Below are positions 47,749 through 57,560 of a DNA stretch of 64,000 nucleotides, in pieces; positions within the stretch are counted from its first letter, which is position 1; each line of letters begins with the position of its first letter. The stretch spans positions 451,285 through 515,284 of the forward strand of contig CAVSXO010000026.1 in the NCBI GenBank assembly GCA_963731895.1. Direction: 5' to 3'. Origin of the DNA: an uncultured Solirubrobacterales bacterium (GTDB lineage: Bacteria; Actinomycetota; Thermoleophilia; Solirubrobacterales; JBBDJG01). A program made the position numbers and the translations under genes. The notes beneath the pieces are model-generated. The model saw only the letters and a program-made list of their open reading frames with translations. It had not been told where the DNA came from and ran no database searches.

Positions 47749-48147
47749 CGCCTGGTCGCGGTCGTAGTAGGCGTCGACGCGGGCGCCCTTGCCGTCGCTG
47801 AGCTGCCACAGGTGGGCGAAACGCGAGTCGACCTCGATGCCGCTGCCCGTCCCGCGCGCGCGCAGGTGGATGAACAGCAGCGCGCAGTGCCCGCGCACCA
47901 TCCTGTCCTCGATCTCCTGGTGGAGCTCGTCCCACGACTCGAGGAACTGCTCCAGGAACGACCGGATCGTCGCGACGCCCTCATACGTCCCCGCCTCGGG
48001 AAGGTCGGAGTGCTCGACCCACTTGGCATCGTCGTGCAGGACCGCGACGGTGCCGTCGATGTCACCCCGGTTGAGCGCCTCGTAGGACGACTCGACGCGC
48101 TGCACGTCGGCAGGTGTGGCGGGTGTCGTGGATGATCCGGCGGTCAC
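47716..48147 (-). CDS. SnoaL-like / NTF2-fold protein
   Basis: 143 aa. RVESSYEALNRGDIDGTVAVLHDDAKWVEH...ALLFIHLRARGTGSGIEVDSRFAHLWQLSDGKGARVDAYYDRDQAL. Paralog of 14737..15183. Confidence 0.75.
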   Translation of the reverse strand: MTAGSSTTPATPADVQRVESSYEALNRGDIDGTVAVLHDDAKWVEHSDLPEAGTYEGVATIRSFLEQFLESWDELHQEIEDRMVRGHCALLFIHLRARGTGSGIEVDSRFAHLWQLSDGKGARVDAYYDRDQALAALNAAHGE

Positions 48148-48171
48148 GTCGCGGGACTTACGTCGCGGGAC

Positions 48172-48606
48172 TTATGTTGTCTTGACTATCACCACCGAGC
48201 ACGGCGCGTTGTGGGAGACGCTGTTCGGGACGCTGCCCAGCACCTTGCGGTGCATTCCCCTGTTGCCGACCACGATCACGTCGGAGTCGTAGGCCTCGGC
48301 GATGTCGCACAGGACGTCGGCCGGCTGGCCCTCGCGGGCCTCGGTGACGGCCTCGATCCCGCGCTCGCCCGCCCGCTCGGCGGCGGCCTTCAGGGTCGCG
48401 TCCACCTCCTGGGTGGGGTTCATCGACCACTGGATGTCCTCAGGGGCCTCGCGCTGGTCGCGGCGGACCTTGTCCTCGCTGACCGGCCGGTACGAGCTGG
48501 CGATCACGATCTTGGCGCCGAATTTGTCGGCGAGGTCGAAGGCGAACTGAACCGCCTTCTCTGCGGTATCGGACCCGTCTGTGCCGACGGTGACCGTCTG
48601 GATCAT
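48172..48606 (-). CDS. Universal stress protein (UspA family)
   Basis: MIQTVTVGTDGSDTAEKAV...DVIVVGNRGMHRKVLGSVPNSVSHNAPCSVVIV. ATG complement at 48604..48606. Confidence 0.88.
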   Translation of the reverse strand: MIQTVTVGTDGSDTAEKAVQFAFDLADKFGAKIVIASSYRPVSEDKVRRDQREAPEDIQWSMNPTQEVDATLKAAAERAGERGIEAVTEAREGQPADVLCDIAEAYDSDVIVVGNRGMHRKVLGSVPNSVSHNAPCSVVIVKTT

Positions 48607-48639
48607 TGGCTCCTCCTGATTCGGATGATCTCGAAGGTT

Positions 48640-48885
48640 ATGATGCGGCCCCTCGAAGGTGAGGAGGAGTATTTGCGCTTCCCGGTCTGGATGCAAGCTC
48701 TAGTGGTGATTCTGCTCGCGGCCGTGCTGGCCGTGGCGGTCGTGAGCGTGGTCGACGGATGGGCGGACTGGGTCGTGCTGGGCGGCATCGTCGTGGCGGT
48801 CATCGGGACGATGATGGCTGTCAACCGCCGCCAGTACCCCACGCGCAAGCGCTCCTTCACGAAGGACTCCGACAGCAAGTGGTAG
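48640..48885 (+). CDS. Small membrane protein (hypothetical)
   Basis: ATG at 48640 (or 48691). Two hydrophobic helices ALVVILLAAVLAVAVVSVV and VVLGGIVVAVIGTMMAV. Divergent from usp. Confidence 0.4.
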   Translation: MMRPLEGEEEYLRFPVWMQALVVILLAAVLAVAVVSVVDGWADWVVLGGIVVAVIGTMMAVNRRQYPTRKRSFTKDSDSKW

Positions 48886-48917
48886 TGCCTGCCCCCGCCG
48901 GGCCGCGAGGCCAGGCG

Positions 48918-49502
48918 GTGCGCAAGGCCACACCGGACGACGTCACCCCCCTCGCCGACGCGCTGGCGCGAGCGTTCGACGGCGATCCCCCGATGCAGTG
49001 GTTCCTACCCAACGCCGAGTCCCGGGTGGAACGTGCCCGGAACCTGTTCGACCTGATGCTGACCAGGGTTCACCTCGAGCGCGACTGGTGCTACACGACC
49101 GAGGACGTGGTCGGCGGCGCCCTGTGGGTGCCCCCCGGGAACTGGCGCCTGGGCATCGTGCAGCAGCTCACCCTGCTGCCCGGCATGCTGCGGGTGTTCG
49201 GGCGAGGGCTGGCGCGCGCGCAGCGCGGGCTGGCCGTGATGGAGGAGGGCCACCCGCGCATCGCGCACTACTACCTCGATTCGCTCGGGGTGGTGCCCGA
49301 GTGGCAGGGGAGAGGGATCGGGTCGGCGCTGATGGAGCCGGTGCTGCAGCGCTGCGACATAGAGCGGATGCCGGCGTACCTGAACGCCGGGTCGGCGCGC
49401 AGCCGCGATCTGTATCTGCGACACGGTTTCGAGGTGAGCGAGGAGTTCCGGCTGCCCGAAGGCGGCCCGCCGCTTTGGCGGATGTGGCGGGAGCCGGCAT
49501 AG
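48918..49502 (+). CDS. GNAT-family N-acetyltransferase
   Basis: In-frame GTG at 48918 (VRKATPDDVTPLADALARAF). Acetyl-CoA motif LGVVPEWQGRGIGSALMEPVL. C-terminal YLRHGFEV. Confidence 0.8.
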   Translation: MRKATPDDVTPLADALARAFDGDPPMQWFLPNAESRVERARNLFDLMLTRVHLERDWCYTTEDVVGGALWVPPGNWRLGIVQQLTLLPGMLRVFGRGLARAQRGLAVMEEGHPRIAHYYLDSLGVVPEWQGRGIGSALMEPVLQRCDIERMPAYLNAGSARSRDLYLRHGFEVSEEFRLPEGGPPLWRMWREPA

Positions 49503-49776
49503 CCCGGAAATAGGGTCAACCGGCGTGTCGCCGGTTCCGTCCGGTCCATGCAGTTGCTTTAATGCGCGGAATTCGCCGAGTCCGTTGCGCCCCTGGCGCG
49601 GCGGAGCGGGGGAACCATTGGTCGCAAACCGAGCGTCGGATTGCGGCCGGGGGCTAATCGGCCACATCGGTGGCCGACGCGGAACCCGGGTCGAAGACCC
49701 AGGACCGCGAGCCCGACAGCTCACCTCGTAGGCGGACATAGACGGATCGCGGCAGACCTTCAATAGGAGGACGTGC

Positions 49777-51066
49777 GTGAACGGATACCCCGCCCCCAAG
49801 CATGCCCCTGTGCGCCTCGCCATGGCCGCACTGCTCACAGTGCTGCTCGTGTCGCAGCTCGGAGCGTCCGCGTTTGGCGCGCGGCTCGTGTTCTCCGGCT
49901 CCAGCGGCAAAGACCGGATCCGCGCCAACGGCGCGCCCAACAACATCTCCGGCGGGCGCTCGGGCGACCGCATCTTCGCCCGCGGCGGGAACGACACGGT
50001 CTCCGGAGGAACCGGTCGCGACAAGATCGCGGGCGGCGCCGGGAACGACGCTGTTCGCGGCGATGAGGCCCGCGATCGGATTCACGGCCAGGGCGGGGAC
50101 GACCGCATCGAGGGCGGGACCGCCGGGGACCGCGTACGCGGCGGCAGCGGCAACGACGCCGTCTTCGGGGACTCGGGCGACGATCGCGTGCTGGGCGGGC
50201 CGGGCAACGACTCGCTCACGGGCGGCTTTGGCCGTGACCGGATCATGGGTGGGGGCGGCGACGACACGATCGACGGCGGCGGGGCCGGGGACCGCCTTTT
50301 CGGCGGCAGCGGCAACGATCGCCTCGACGGCGGCAGCGGCGAGGACAGGCTGCGTGGCGGTAGCGGCGACGACTATCTGGTCGGGTGGAGCGGGCGTGAC
50401 GTCATCAAGGGCGGGCCGGGCAACGACACGATCAACGCGGTCGAGCCCTACCAGCCGCTCTCGGAGGCACTGATCGCATGTGGCGCCGGCCACGACACCG
50501 TCTTCATCGATCGCCGCGACGCTCGCGCCACGCGGTTCCGCGGTTGCGAGGTCGTGACGCCGGGCCAGCCGCCGCCCCCGGTCGACCCCAACCGGGGCTC
50601 CCAGTCGATCGGCTCACGCGCGGCCGACCTGCTGCAGGGCGGTCCTCTGAACGACACGCTGCTCGGCGGCTGGGGCGGCGACACGCTGCAGGGCGACGGC
50701 GGTAACGACGTGCTGTGGGGCGACCACATCCCGGGCTCGCGGGGCCACGACAAGATCTTTGGCGGCGCGGGCGACGACGTGATCTTCGGCAACCGGTCAG
50801 GCGATCATCTGGAAGGGAACGATGGCAACGACCGCATCTCGGGTGGCCAGGGCCGCGACCACATCGACGGCGGTCCCGGAAACGACGAGTTGCGGCCCGA
50901 CACCGGGAAGGACCGCGTCTTCGGCGGAGACGGCGACGACACGATCCACGCGTTCGGGGGCGGCAAGCGCGATTACATCGACTGCGGCGCAGGGAATGAC
51001 ACAGCGTTCGTGGACCGCCGCGAGCGCAGGCGCACCGTGAACTGCGAGGCGGTCAAGCACGGGTAG
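49777..51066 (+). CDS. Secreted calcium-binding RTX-type (hemolysin-type GGxGxD) repeat protein
   Basis: Signal peptide LAMAALLTVLLVSQLGASAFGA. More than 20 nonapeptide repeats (GGSGNDRLDGGSGEDRLRGGSGDDYL...). Confidence 0.88.
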   Translation: MNGYPAPKHAPVRLAMAALLTVLLVSQLGASAFGARLVFSGSSGKDRIRANGAPNNISGGRSGDRIFARGGNDTVSGGTGRDKIAGGAGNDAVRGDEARDRIHGQGGDDRIEGGTAGDRVRGGSGNDAVFGDSGDDRVLGGPGNDSLTGGFGRDRIMGGGGDDTIDGGGAGDRLFGGSGNDRLDGGSGEDRLRGGSGDDYLVGWSGRDVIKGGPGNDTINAVEPYQPLSEALIACGAGHDTVFIDRRDARATRFRGCEVVTPGQPPPPVDPNRGSQSIGSRAADLLQGGPLNDTLLGGWGGDTLQGDGGNDVLWGDHIPGSRGHDKIFGGAGDDVIFGNRSGDHLEGNDGNDRISGGQGRDHIDGGPGNDELRPDTGKDRVFGGDGDDTIHAFGGGKRDYIDCGAGNDTAFVDRRERRRTVNCEAVKHG

Positions 51067-51300
51067 GTAGGAGGCACTGGCCCGCCCGCGGTTGGCGAAC
51101 TTTGGCTCGGGTTCCAGGGGGTGGAACCGGGACAATGTCGGCGGCCGCTGCTCGGGTGCAATCGAAAACCGGGTGGGGTAGGGGGGTGTGATCGAGGCGG
51201 CGTTGGGCTGCCGCGGGCGGTATCTGCACGAAAGTCGTGCAAACGTCACGCATCGGGTCTGATCGGAGCTTTTCCGATCCGTAACTGGGCTTTCGTCCGC

Positions 51301-51337
51301 TGGTGAGTTAGGGCTGCTATAGGGCCCTAACTCACCA
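51301..51337. other. Perfect 14-bp-stem hairpin in long convergent spacer
   Basis: TGGTGAGTTAGGGC (51301..51314), then tgctatagg, then GCCCTAACTCACCA (51324..51337). AT-richer than its surroundings. Function unknown (terminator or REP-like). Confidence 0.5.
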
Positions 51338-51591
51338 CTCGACGAAGGGGCGCGATACGATCACGCACACGGCGCTTTTTCACCAGCGCATGCGGAGCAC
51401 ATCACAAACAGCGCGTGTTCGTGAACCCTCCTCCCGCGTCCTGGACCCACTCCCCTACCTACCTTTTTCCAACCCCGGTACCCTCGCCACGCCCGAAGCC
51501 ACCAAGGGGTCCGCACAGCTCCGAACAACGCGGCTGGGAACAGCGCTTGTGTTGTTCCCTCACGCCCGCCTCGCAACCCTCCGGCGGTGTG

Positions 51592-51737
51592 ATGGAAACT
51601 GGTCGCTATGAAGCCGCTCAGCCCCACACCGGCAAGGCCGTGGCGTTGGACGAAGCGATCGCCGGGCTTGCCGCACTGCAACACGGCGTCGTCGCCCGCA
51701 GGCAACTGATCGCTGCGGGGGGTAAGTCGGGGCGCTA
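51592..51737 (+). pseudogene. 5' fragment of a DUF559/AbiEi-N-like gene, truncated at the S8 gene stop
   Basis: METGRYEAAQPHTGKAVALDEAIAGLAALQHGVVARRQLIAAG(VSRG) resembles the N-terminal helix-turn-helix of actinobacterial DUF559-type proteins. Nothing follows. Assignment from memory, so low confidence. Confidence 0.3.
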
Positions 51738-54700
51738 CGGAATGAACACTCCCTGCCGCATGAACACCTGCCTCGTCGCCGTCGCCGCAGGACTCGCGGG
51801 CACCCTGACCCATAGCCGCTGCCGTTCGGGCCGGCGTCATGCAGCTCGACGGGGCCCATCTGCCAGATCGAGCGGTCGCCCTCGGTGACCGCCCCGGGCA
51901 GGACGGAATCCACCGTGGTCGTCAGAGAGCAGGTCGCGCCTGTCTGGGTGCCGGCGGTGGGGGCGCAGCCGGCCGGGATCTCGAGCGGCACGTCGGTGAC
52001 GGTGCCCGGGTCCGACCCGCCACCGGCGCCGACGTCGTTGTCGCGATCGGTGATCCGCAGCGTGGTCGCGACCAGCACGCGGCCGGCGTAGTCGGAGCCG
52101 AGCCCGCCCGGGCATGCTGCGCTGGTCTCCGCGCAGCGCACGTCGGTGGCGCTCAGCTCGAACCCTACGTCCGCCTCGTCGATCGACGTGGTGGACGGGT
52201 CCCCGGGCTGAACGGCGAACCGCACGAACGCGACCGAGTTCGCGGCGAAGCCGTTCGCGTCCACGGTTCCCACGGTCAGAGTTCCTGACCGCTGTGCCGG
52301 CGGGTCGCAGGACGGATGCGCGAGCGGAGGCCCGTGCTGTGAGTTCGGCGCGGTGCATTCCGCGTAGGCCGGGACCAGTGGCACCCGCAGCGGGCTGGCT
52401 CCCTTCGGGCGGGGATAGCCGGTCGTCACGACCACCGGGCGGCCGACGTTGCCCTGGTCGTCGACGGCCCGGATCGCGACGAACGCCCGCGCGCCGGGGG
52501 GCAGCGTGTAGGACTGCTCGCTGCCGGCTGCTTCGGGCTGAGGAGCGTCGGCGAGCGGGTCGGCCTGGTCGAAGTTGTCGCCGTCGATCGGCTCGTTCGA
52601 GGTCACGATCTCGTAGTGATCGGCGGTGCCGCACAGCAGGTCGTCGCCCGGCGCCGTGAAGTTGACCGTCGTGCCGGAAACGCTGGCGGCCATCGGTTTG
52701 CCCGGCGAGGCGGCGTCACGCCGGTAGTCACCGGAGTTGGCGTTGTCGTGGTGGAACCGCGGCCACGACCCGAGCGGGCACGGCGGCGCGTCCGTACGGT
52801 AGGCGAGCACCGAGCCCGAGCGGGTGATCGCGACGACCCGGTTGCGGGCGTCGCCGTCGGTGTCGATCGTCCCGAACGAGCCCACCAGCGGGTTCGCGAC
52901 CATCCAGTCAGAGGTCAGCTTCGGCCATCCGGGGCCGGCCGCCACCCCGGCAGCGTTGAAGGCCGCAAGGTCGAGCGACGCGGTGCCGGCGATGATCTCC
53001 TCGCCGGGCGCGGCGTCGACGTTCGCCGCCGAGGGCCCGGTCAGGAACTGCAGGTCGTTCACCGGTGCCGGCCACCCGGGCCGGAACTGGCCGGTGTGCG
53101 CCTCCCAGCCGGCCATGAAGTCCTGGCCGCCCTGGTACTCGTTGACCGCGATGTCGAGCGCCCGCACGAGCCCGGTGGCCGGCATGAAGAACGACACCGT
53201 CGGCCCGAGGCCGGCGAAGATCGGGTGCCCGAACGCCGGGATCGCGGGCGTGTCGTACTTCTGCGGGCTGGCCGCGAAGTCGGTTTGAAGGGTGATGTCC
53301 TTGCCGCTCTCCTGGCCGTAACACGACTGGCCGGCCACGTTCAGGATGTAGCCGGGGCCGGCGTCCGCGCCCGTCCCGACCTTCGGCCCGACGCCGCCGT
53401 TGGGGCACTCGACCGGCCCGATCGCGGGCGCGCCCGCGACACCCTCGCCGACCACCGGCAGCACCTCGGGCTGGAGCTGGGCGACCTTCACCGGCCACCC
53501 GGGCAGGAAGGGACCGCCGGCATGGGCTTCGCCCTCGGGGTGGATCGCGAACACGCGCCCGTTCGTCTTCGCGAGGCCCTCAGCGGGGTTGCCGTCGAAG
53601 GGGATGCCGCCGGCCTGGGCCAGCAGCGCGACGGTCGTGGCGTTGAACGTCGAGGAGTTGAGCGGACCCTCGTTGCCCTGGTTCGTCGCGTACTCCTCGT
53701 TGGTGCCGACCACGATCTCGGGCTGCCCGTCGCCGGTCAGGTCGCCGACCGCGGGCGTGTCGATGATCGCGCCCTGGTTCAGCGCCTCCCCGGCGTTCGC
53801 GTTGAATGTGACCGCATGTGTCTGGGGATCGACCGAGGCCACCTTGGTCTGGTCGACGACGAGCACGGGGAACCCGGCCACCGGAGAGCCGTCGTCGTTC
53901 CAGGCGTAGACGTGGCGGTCCATCGAGGCGGCCACGATCTCGAGCCGCCCGCCATCGTTGCTGTCGAGGTCGACCAGCACGGGTGAGCCGACGAAGCCGT
54001 GCTGCGTGCGGCGTCGCTTGCTCTCGTCCGGGTTCGAGCGCACGTGGCGCACGTCCTCGAACGGCTGGAGGGGCTTGCCGGAGTAGTCGATGTTCGACTC
54101 CCTCGTCCACAGGCGGTTGCCGGCGTCGTCCCACGCATAGACCTTGCCCTCCATGTCGGTGGCGACGACCTCCGGGGCCCCGTCACGGTCCATGTCCGCG
54201 GCCGCGACCGACGCGAGGATCGCGCCGCCGAGGTTGTCCGACACCGCGCCCGACTGGAACGCGCGCCCGCCGGTGTGCAGCGCCGGGGTGTCGCCGCGCA
54301 CGGGCCACCCCGGGAGCTCGGAGCCGTCCGGGCGGTAGGCGTGGACGAACCCGTCGCTGCCACCCATCACCAGCTCATTGCGATTGTCGCCGTCCAGGTC
54401 GACCAGGATCGGTGACGACTCGCCGTCGCCGTGCTTGCCGCCGATGTCGCTCGGGAACCCGGGCAGCATGTCCTGGTCGCGGTGCAGGTACATGTTGCGC
54501 CGGTCCTCGCCCTGGAGGTCGACGCCGCCCTGGTCGAGCTGCGCCACGACCTTCACCGTGAAGCCATAGGGCTCGGTGTTCGGGCGCCCGTTCGAGGTCT
54601 GCGCGCCGGTCCCGGGCTCGCGGCCGTCGAAGTTGCCCGCGGTCGCGGGGAACCTGGCCTTCAGCTCCTGCACGTCGACGTCGGCGAGCACTCCGTCGAA

Positions 54701-56524
54701 CGCGCTCGTGTGGACGTCGCCGTTGCACCACGAGGACGTCACGCGCTTGAAGTCACCCGGCGTCGAGGCGGTGTCGAGGTCGTTGTTCGGCTGCGAGCCG
54801 GGCGCCACGTACACGGCGCAGCTGTAGCCGGCGCCACGGGCGAACACCTGCCCGCGCAGCGCGAATGTGGCGTGCCCGGGGTCGATCTGGTCATACCAGT
54901 CCGGCGCGGTGATCTCGACCTCGGGCGGCACGGCCGCGTCGCCGGTGCGCACGAGCGCATCCACGGCGCGATTCATGTTCACGCGCCCGTAGCCGAAGAT
55001 CTGGTCGTGCCCGGCGCGGGTCGGGTAGCGCTTCGTGGTAGCCAGGGGTGAAGGGACGGCGCTGTCGTACGGCGCGTTCAGGTTCGGGTCCGTGCAGGTC
55101 GGCAGGAGCGCCTGCGTGCACGACGGCTCGGGTTGCTGGGCGAAGTTCACGTCGTCGGCCTGCGCGGTCCCGTCGATCTGGCCCGAGGCCATGATCTGGC
55201 GGACCTCGTTCGGCGTGATCACGCACGCGCTCCCGTCGGTGCGCTCGCAGGTGGGGTGGTGGTCGAGCGCGCCGGTTTCGCGGGCGTTCAGCGCAGCGCT
55301 GTAGATCAGCCCCGCCATGCCGGACCCGCGGCCCGTCGCGTCCGAGGAGCAACTCACGCTGGGGATCGCGACGGTGATCTTGGACGAGAAGTTCGTGCAC
55401 CCGTTGAACTGGAGGTAGGAGCGGTTCGCCGGGGTGAGCGCGAGGTCGTACTTCTCGATCGAGTTCACGAGGATCACGTGGGGCAGGCTCGACGGCCAGT
55501 TGTGGTGCTGGGCGGCCTCGTCGGCGGCGGAGGCGATCACCGTCACGCCGTGCTCGTATGCGTAATCGACCGCGGCGCGTGAGAGGGAGCTGTTGTTCAG
55601 CGTGCCGAGCGCCTCCTGGATCACGTCGACACCGTTGTCGGTGGCGTAGATGGCGGCCTGCGCGAAGCGGTTCGAGTCGGCGATGAAGGAGTCGCCGACG
55701 CGCATGTGGATCACCATGCAGTTCGGGCAGGCGCCGATGTCGCCGCCGTTGTCGGCCTCACCTGAGGAGTCCCGCGCCTCGCCGGTCCCGTGGCCGTACT
55801 GCACGTCGTCGAACGGGTCGTTGTCGTTGTCGAGGAAGTCCCAGCCGACCATGTCGTCCGTGAACCCGTTCGAGTCGTCGTCGTCCCCGTCGCTGAAGGC
55901 GATCAGGATGTCCTGCGGGTCGAGCAGGTCGGACGGGCCCACGCCGAGGCCGCCCCGCTGCCCGGGGTCGCGCTCCACACGCGGGTCGCACGAGTAGTCG
56001 ACGACGTTGACGACGCCGTCGTCGTTGGCGTCGTATTGGCTCGTGTAGGTGGAGCAGACCTCACCGCTCTCGAGCGACGTGGAGCGGCTCGTGGCCGGAA
56101 TGGGCACCTCGCCCCTGTTCAGGCGAGTCTTGCGCCGCAGGTCGAGCATCGCTCCGCGGTCGTTCCACTTGATGCCGGAGTCGAGCACGGAGATCGTGAC
56201 GTCCGGGCGGCCGGTGGTGGTGGCCCAGGCGAGGTCGTCGTTCGGCGTCGTGGCATCGACCATGTGCGCGCCGCGCACGCCGTTCAGCTCGCGCGGATCG
56301 GAGTTGACGGGCTCGTTGCCCACCTCCTTGTCGGCCGAGTACATCCAGGTCTGCTTCGCTCCGGAGGTGAGCTCGCCCGGACGCGCGTCGGATGCGTCGA
56401 GCCGGTACTGCCCGTAGTCGCCCGGGTCGGAGCCCGGCAGGTAGGGGAAGGCGGCGTGGGCGGGCGGCCCCATCGCCGCGGCAGTCGCGACCACCAGCAG
56501 TGGCACCCACAGAAACCTGCGCAT
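51735..56524 (-). CDS. Secreted S8 (subtilisin-family) peptidase fused to FG-GAP-like propeller region and the shared C-terminal module (~1595 aa); two +1 shifts in the last ~100 nt
   Basis: GGGGGAGGA RBS. Signal peptide LWVPLLVVATAAAMGPPAHA. Asp box TISVLDSGI, His box YGHGTGEA and a Ser region CSSDATGRGSGMAGL. FG-GAP-like units (DLDGDNRNELVMGGSDGFVHAY, DMDRDGAPEVVATDMEGKVYAW, GDLTGDGQPEIVVG). The tail only reads ...VFMRQGVFIP-stop (TAG complement 51735..51737) after hopping through frames 1>0>2. As given, the ORF runs on to 51560. Confidence 0.85.
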
Positions 56525-56730
56525 TCCTCCCCCTTCTGACTCCCCAGGTGCGCTACATGGAGCGCGAGTTTAGTCGCGGCCCGAAGCCTCCGTACCGCGG
56601 TCTTCCGACGCCATTTCCCTGCGCCTCACAGGGGCTTGGTGAACCGGCGTTTACCCGTTGCGGGGCCGATCTACACCTGCCCACGCTTCCCAGGCACCGT
56701 GCTGCCCAATGGTTGCTATGCAACCAAAAG

Positions 56731-57126
56731 TCAGCACGGTGGCTCGAGGTCGACCGCGATCGGCAGCGCCGAGCGGCGCCAGTCGTCGAGGTCGCCGCTG
56801 TAGCTCTTGGAGTACTTGTCGAACAGCAGGCGCCGGGCCATCTCGTCCTCTTCCGGCTCCTCCACGACGCGCGCGCGGCCGGGCCGCGTGACACCGCCGA
56901 TCCGCACTGTCACCGAGGGCTCACGCAGCAGGTTCCGGACCCAGTTCGAGCGGTCGCCCCCGCCCGAAAGCATGTAGAGGGTTGCGCCTCGGCCCGAGGG
57001 CCGAGTCGCGGTTTGCGGCAGGACGAGGCCAAACCAGATCTCTATCTCACGTGGCTGTCCGCTCACCCGCCCGGTGGTGGTCAGGTAGCAGTAGTCCTCT
57101 CCGGCGAGGTCGGCCCCCAGTTCCAT
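56731..57126 (-). CDS. Nitroreductase/quinone-reductase family (DUF385-type, probable F420-dependent) protein
   Basis: 131 aa from MELGADLAGEDYCYLTTTGRVSGQPREIEIWF...LSGGGDRSNWVRNLLREPSVTVRIGG. ATG complement at 57124..57126. Confidence 0.7.
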   Translation of the reverse strand: MELGADLAGEDYCYLTTTGRVSGQPREIEIWFGLVLPQTATRPSGRGATLYMLSGGGDRSNWVRNLLREPSVTVRIGGVTRPGRARVVEEPEEDEMARRLLFDKYSKSYSGDLDDWRRSALPIAVDLEPPC

Positions 57127-57211
57127 CCGGTCGAGGGTACTGGCGGTCGAAACCGGTTGAAACGAGGGCAGCCTGGGTATCCGAACCGAGGATGGCACTG
57201 GGGAGGAGCCT

Positions 57212-57529
57212 ATGAACGAAAGTGGATTGGATTTCAACGAGCGCGAGGTCGTGCTGAGGGCGGACCTCTCGACCCTCGACGAGCTCGAGTGCATCTGGAC
57301 GCCGGTGCGCTTCATCATGAATGGGCCACGCGCGCCGCAGCCCGGAGAACGTGTCCTGCTGGTGGACACCGGCGGAACCGGTAGCTGCATCGGCCGGGTG
57401 GTGGCCCTCACCGGTTGGGAGGCATGCGTGCGCCCCGACTGGGAGACCTGGAGCGGGACCGAGAAGGCGCCGCCCGGTCACATGCTGCCCCCGCAGTCCT
57501 TCGGCCGCGGCCCGACCGCCGCGATCTAG
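57212..57529 (+). CDS. Hypothetical protein
   Basis: 105-aa ORF (MNESGLDFNEREVVLRADLSTLDELECIWTPVRFIMNG...). No family recognised. Confidence 0.4.
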   Translation: MNESGLDFNEREVVLRADLSTLDELECIWTPVRFIMNGPRAPQPGERVLLVDTGGTGSCIGRVVALTGWEACVRPDWETWSGTEKAPPGHMLPPQSFGRGPTAAI

Positions 57530-57560
57530 GGCTTTCCGCACCCCGAGCGGTACGACCGGC

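Noticed and set aside
49900-50950. Strong about 27-nt periodicity at the DNA level.
   Set aside because: It is explained by RTX nonapeptide (GGxGxDxxx) repeats of the 49777..51066 protein and is not an independent repeat element.
51361-51840. A 159-aa minus-strand ORF and the plus-strand ORF 51415..51888 in the RTX/S8 spacer.
   Set aside because: The minus ORF is simply the intermediate frame of the S8 gene tail, extended into non-coding DNA. The plus ORF is protein-like only for its first ~45 aa (from the ATG at 51592), which is recorded as a gene fragment.
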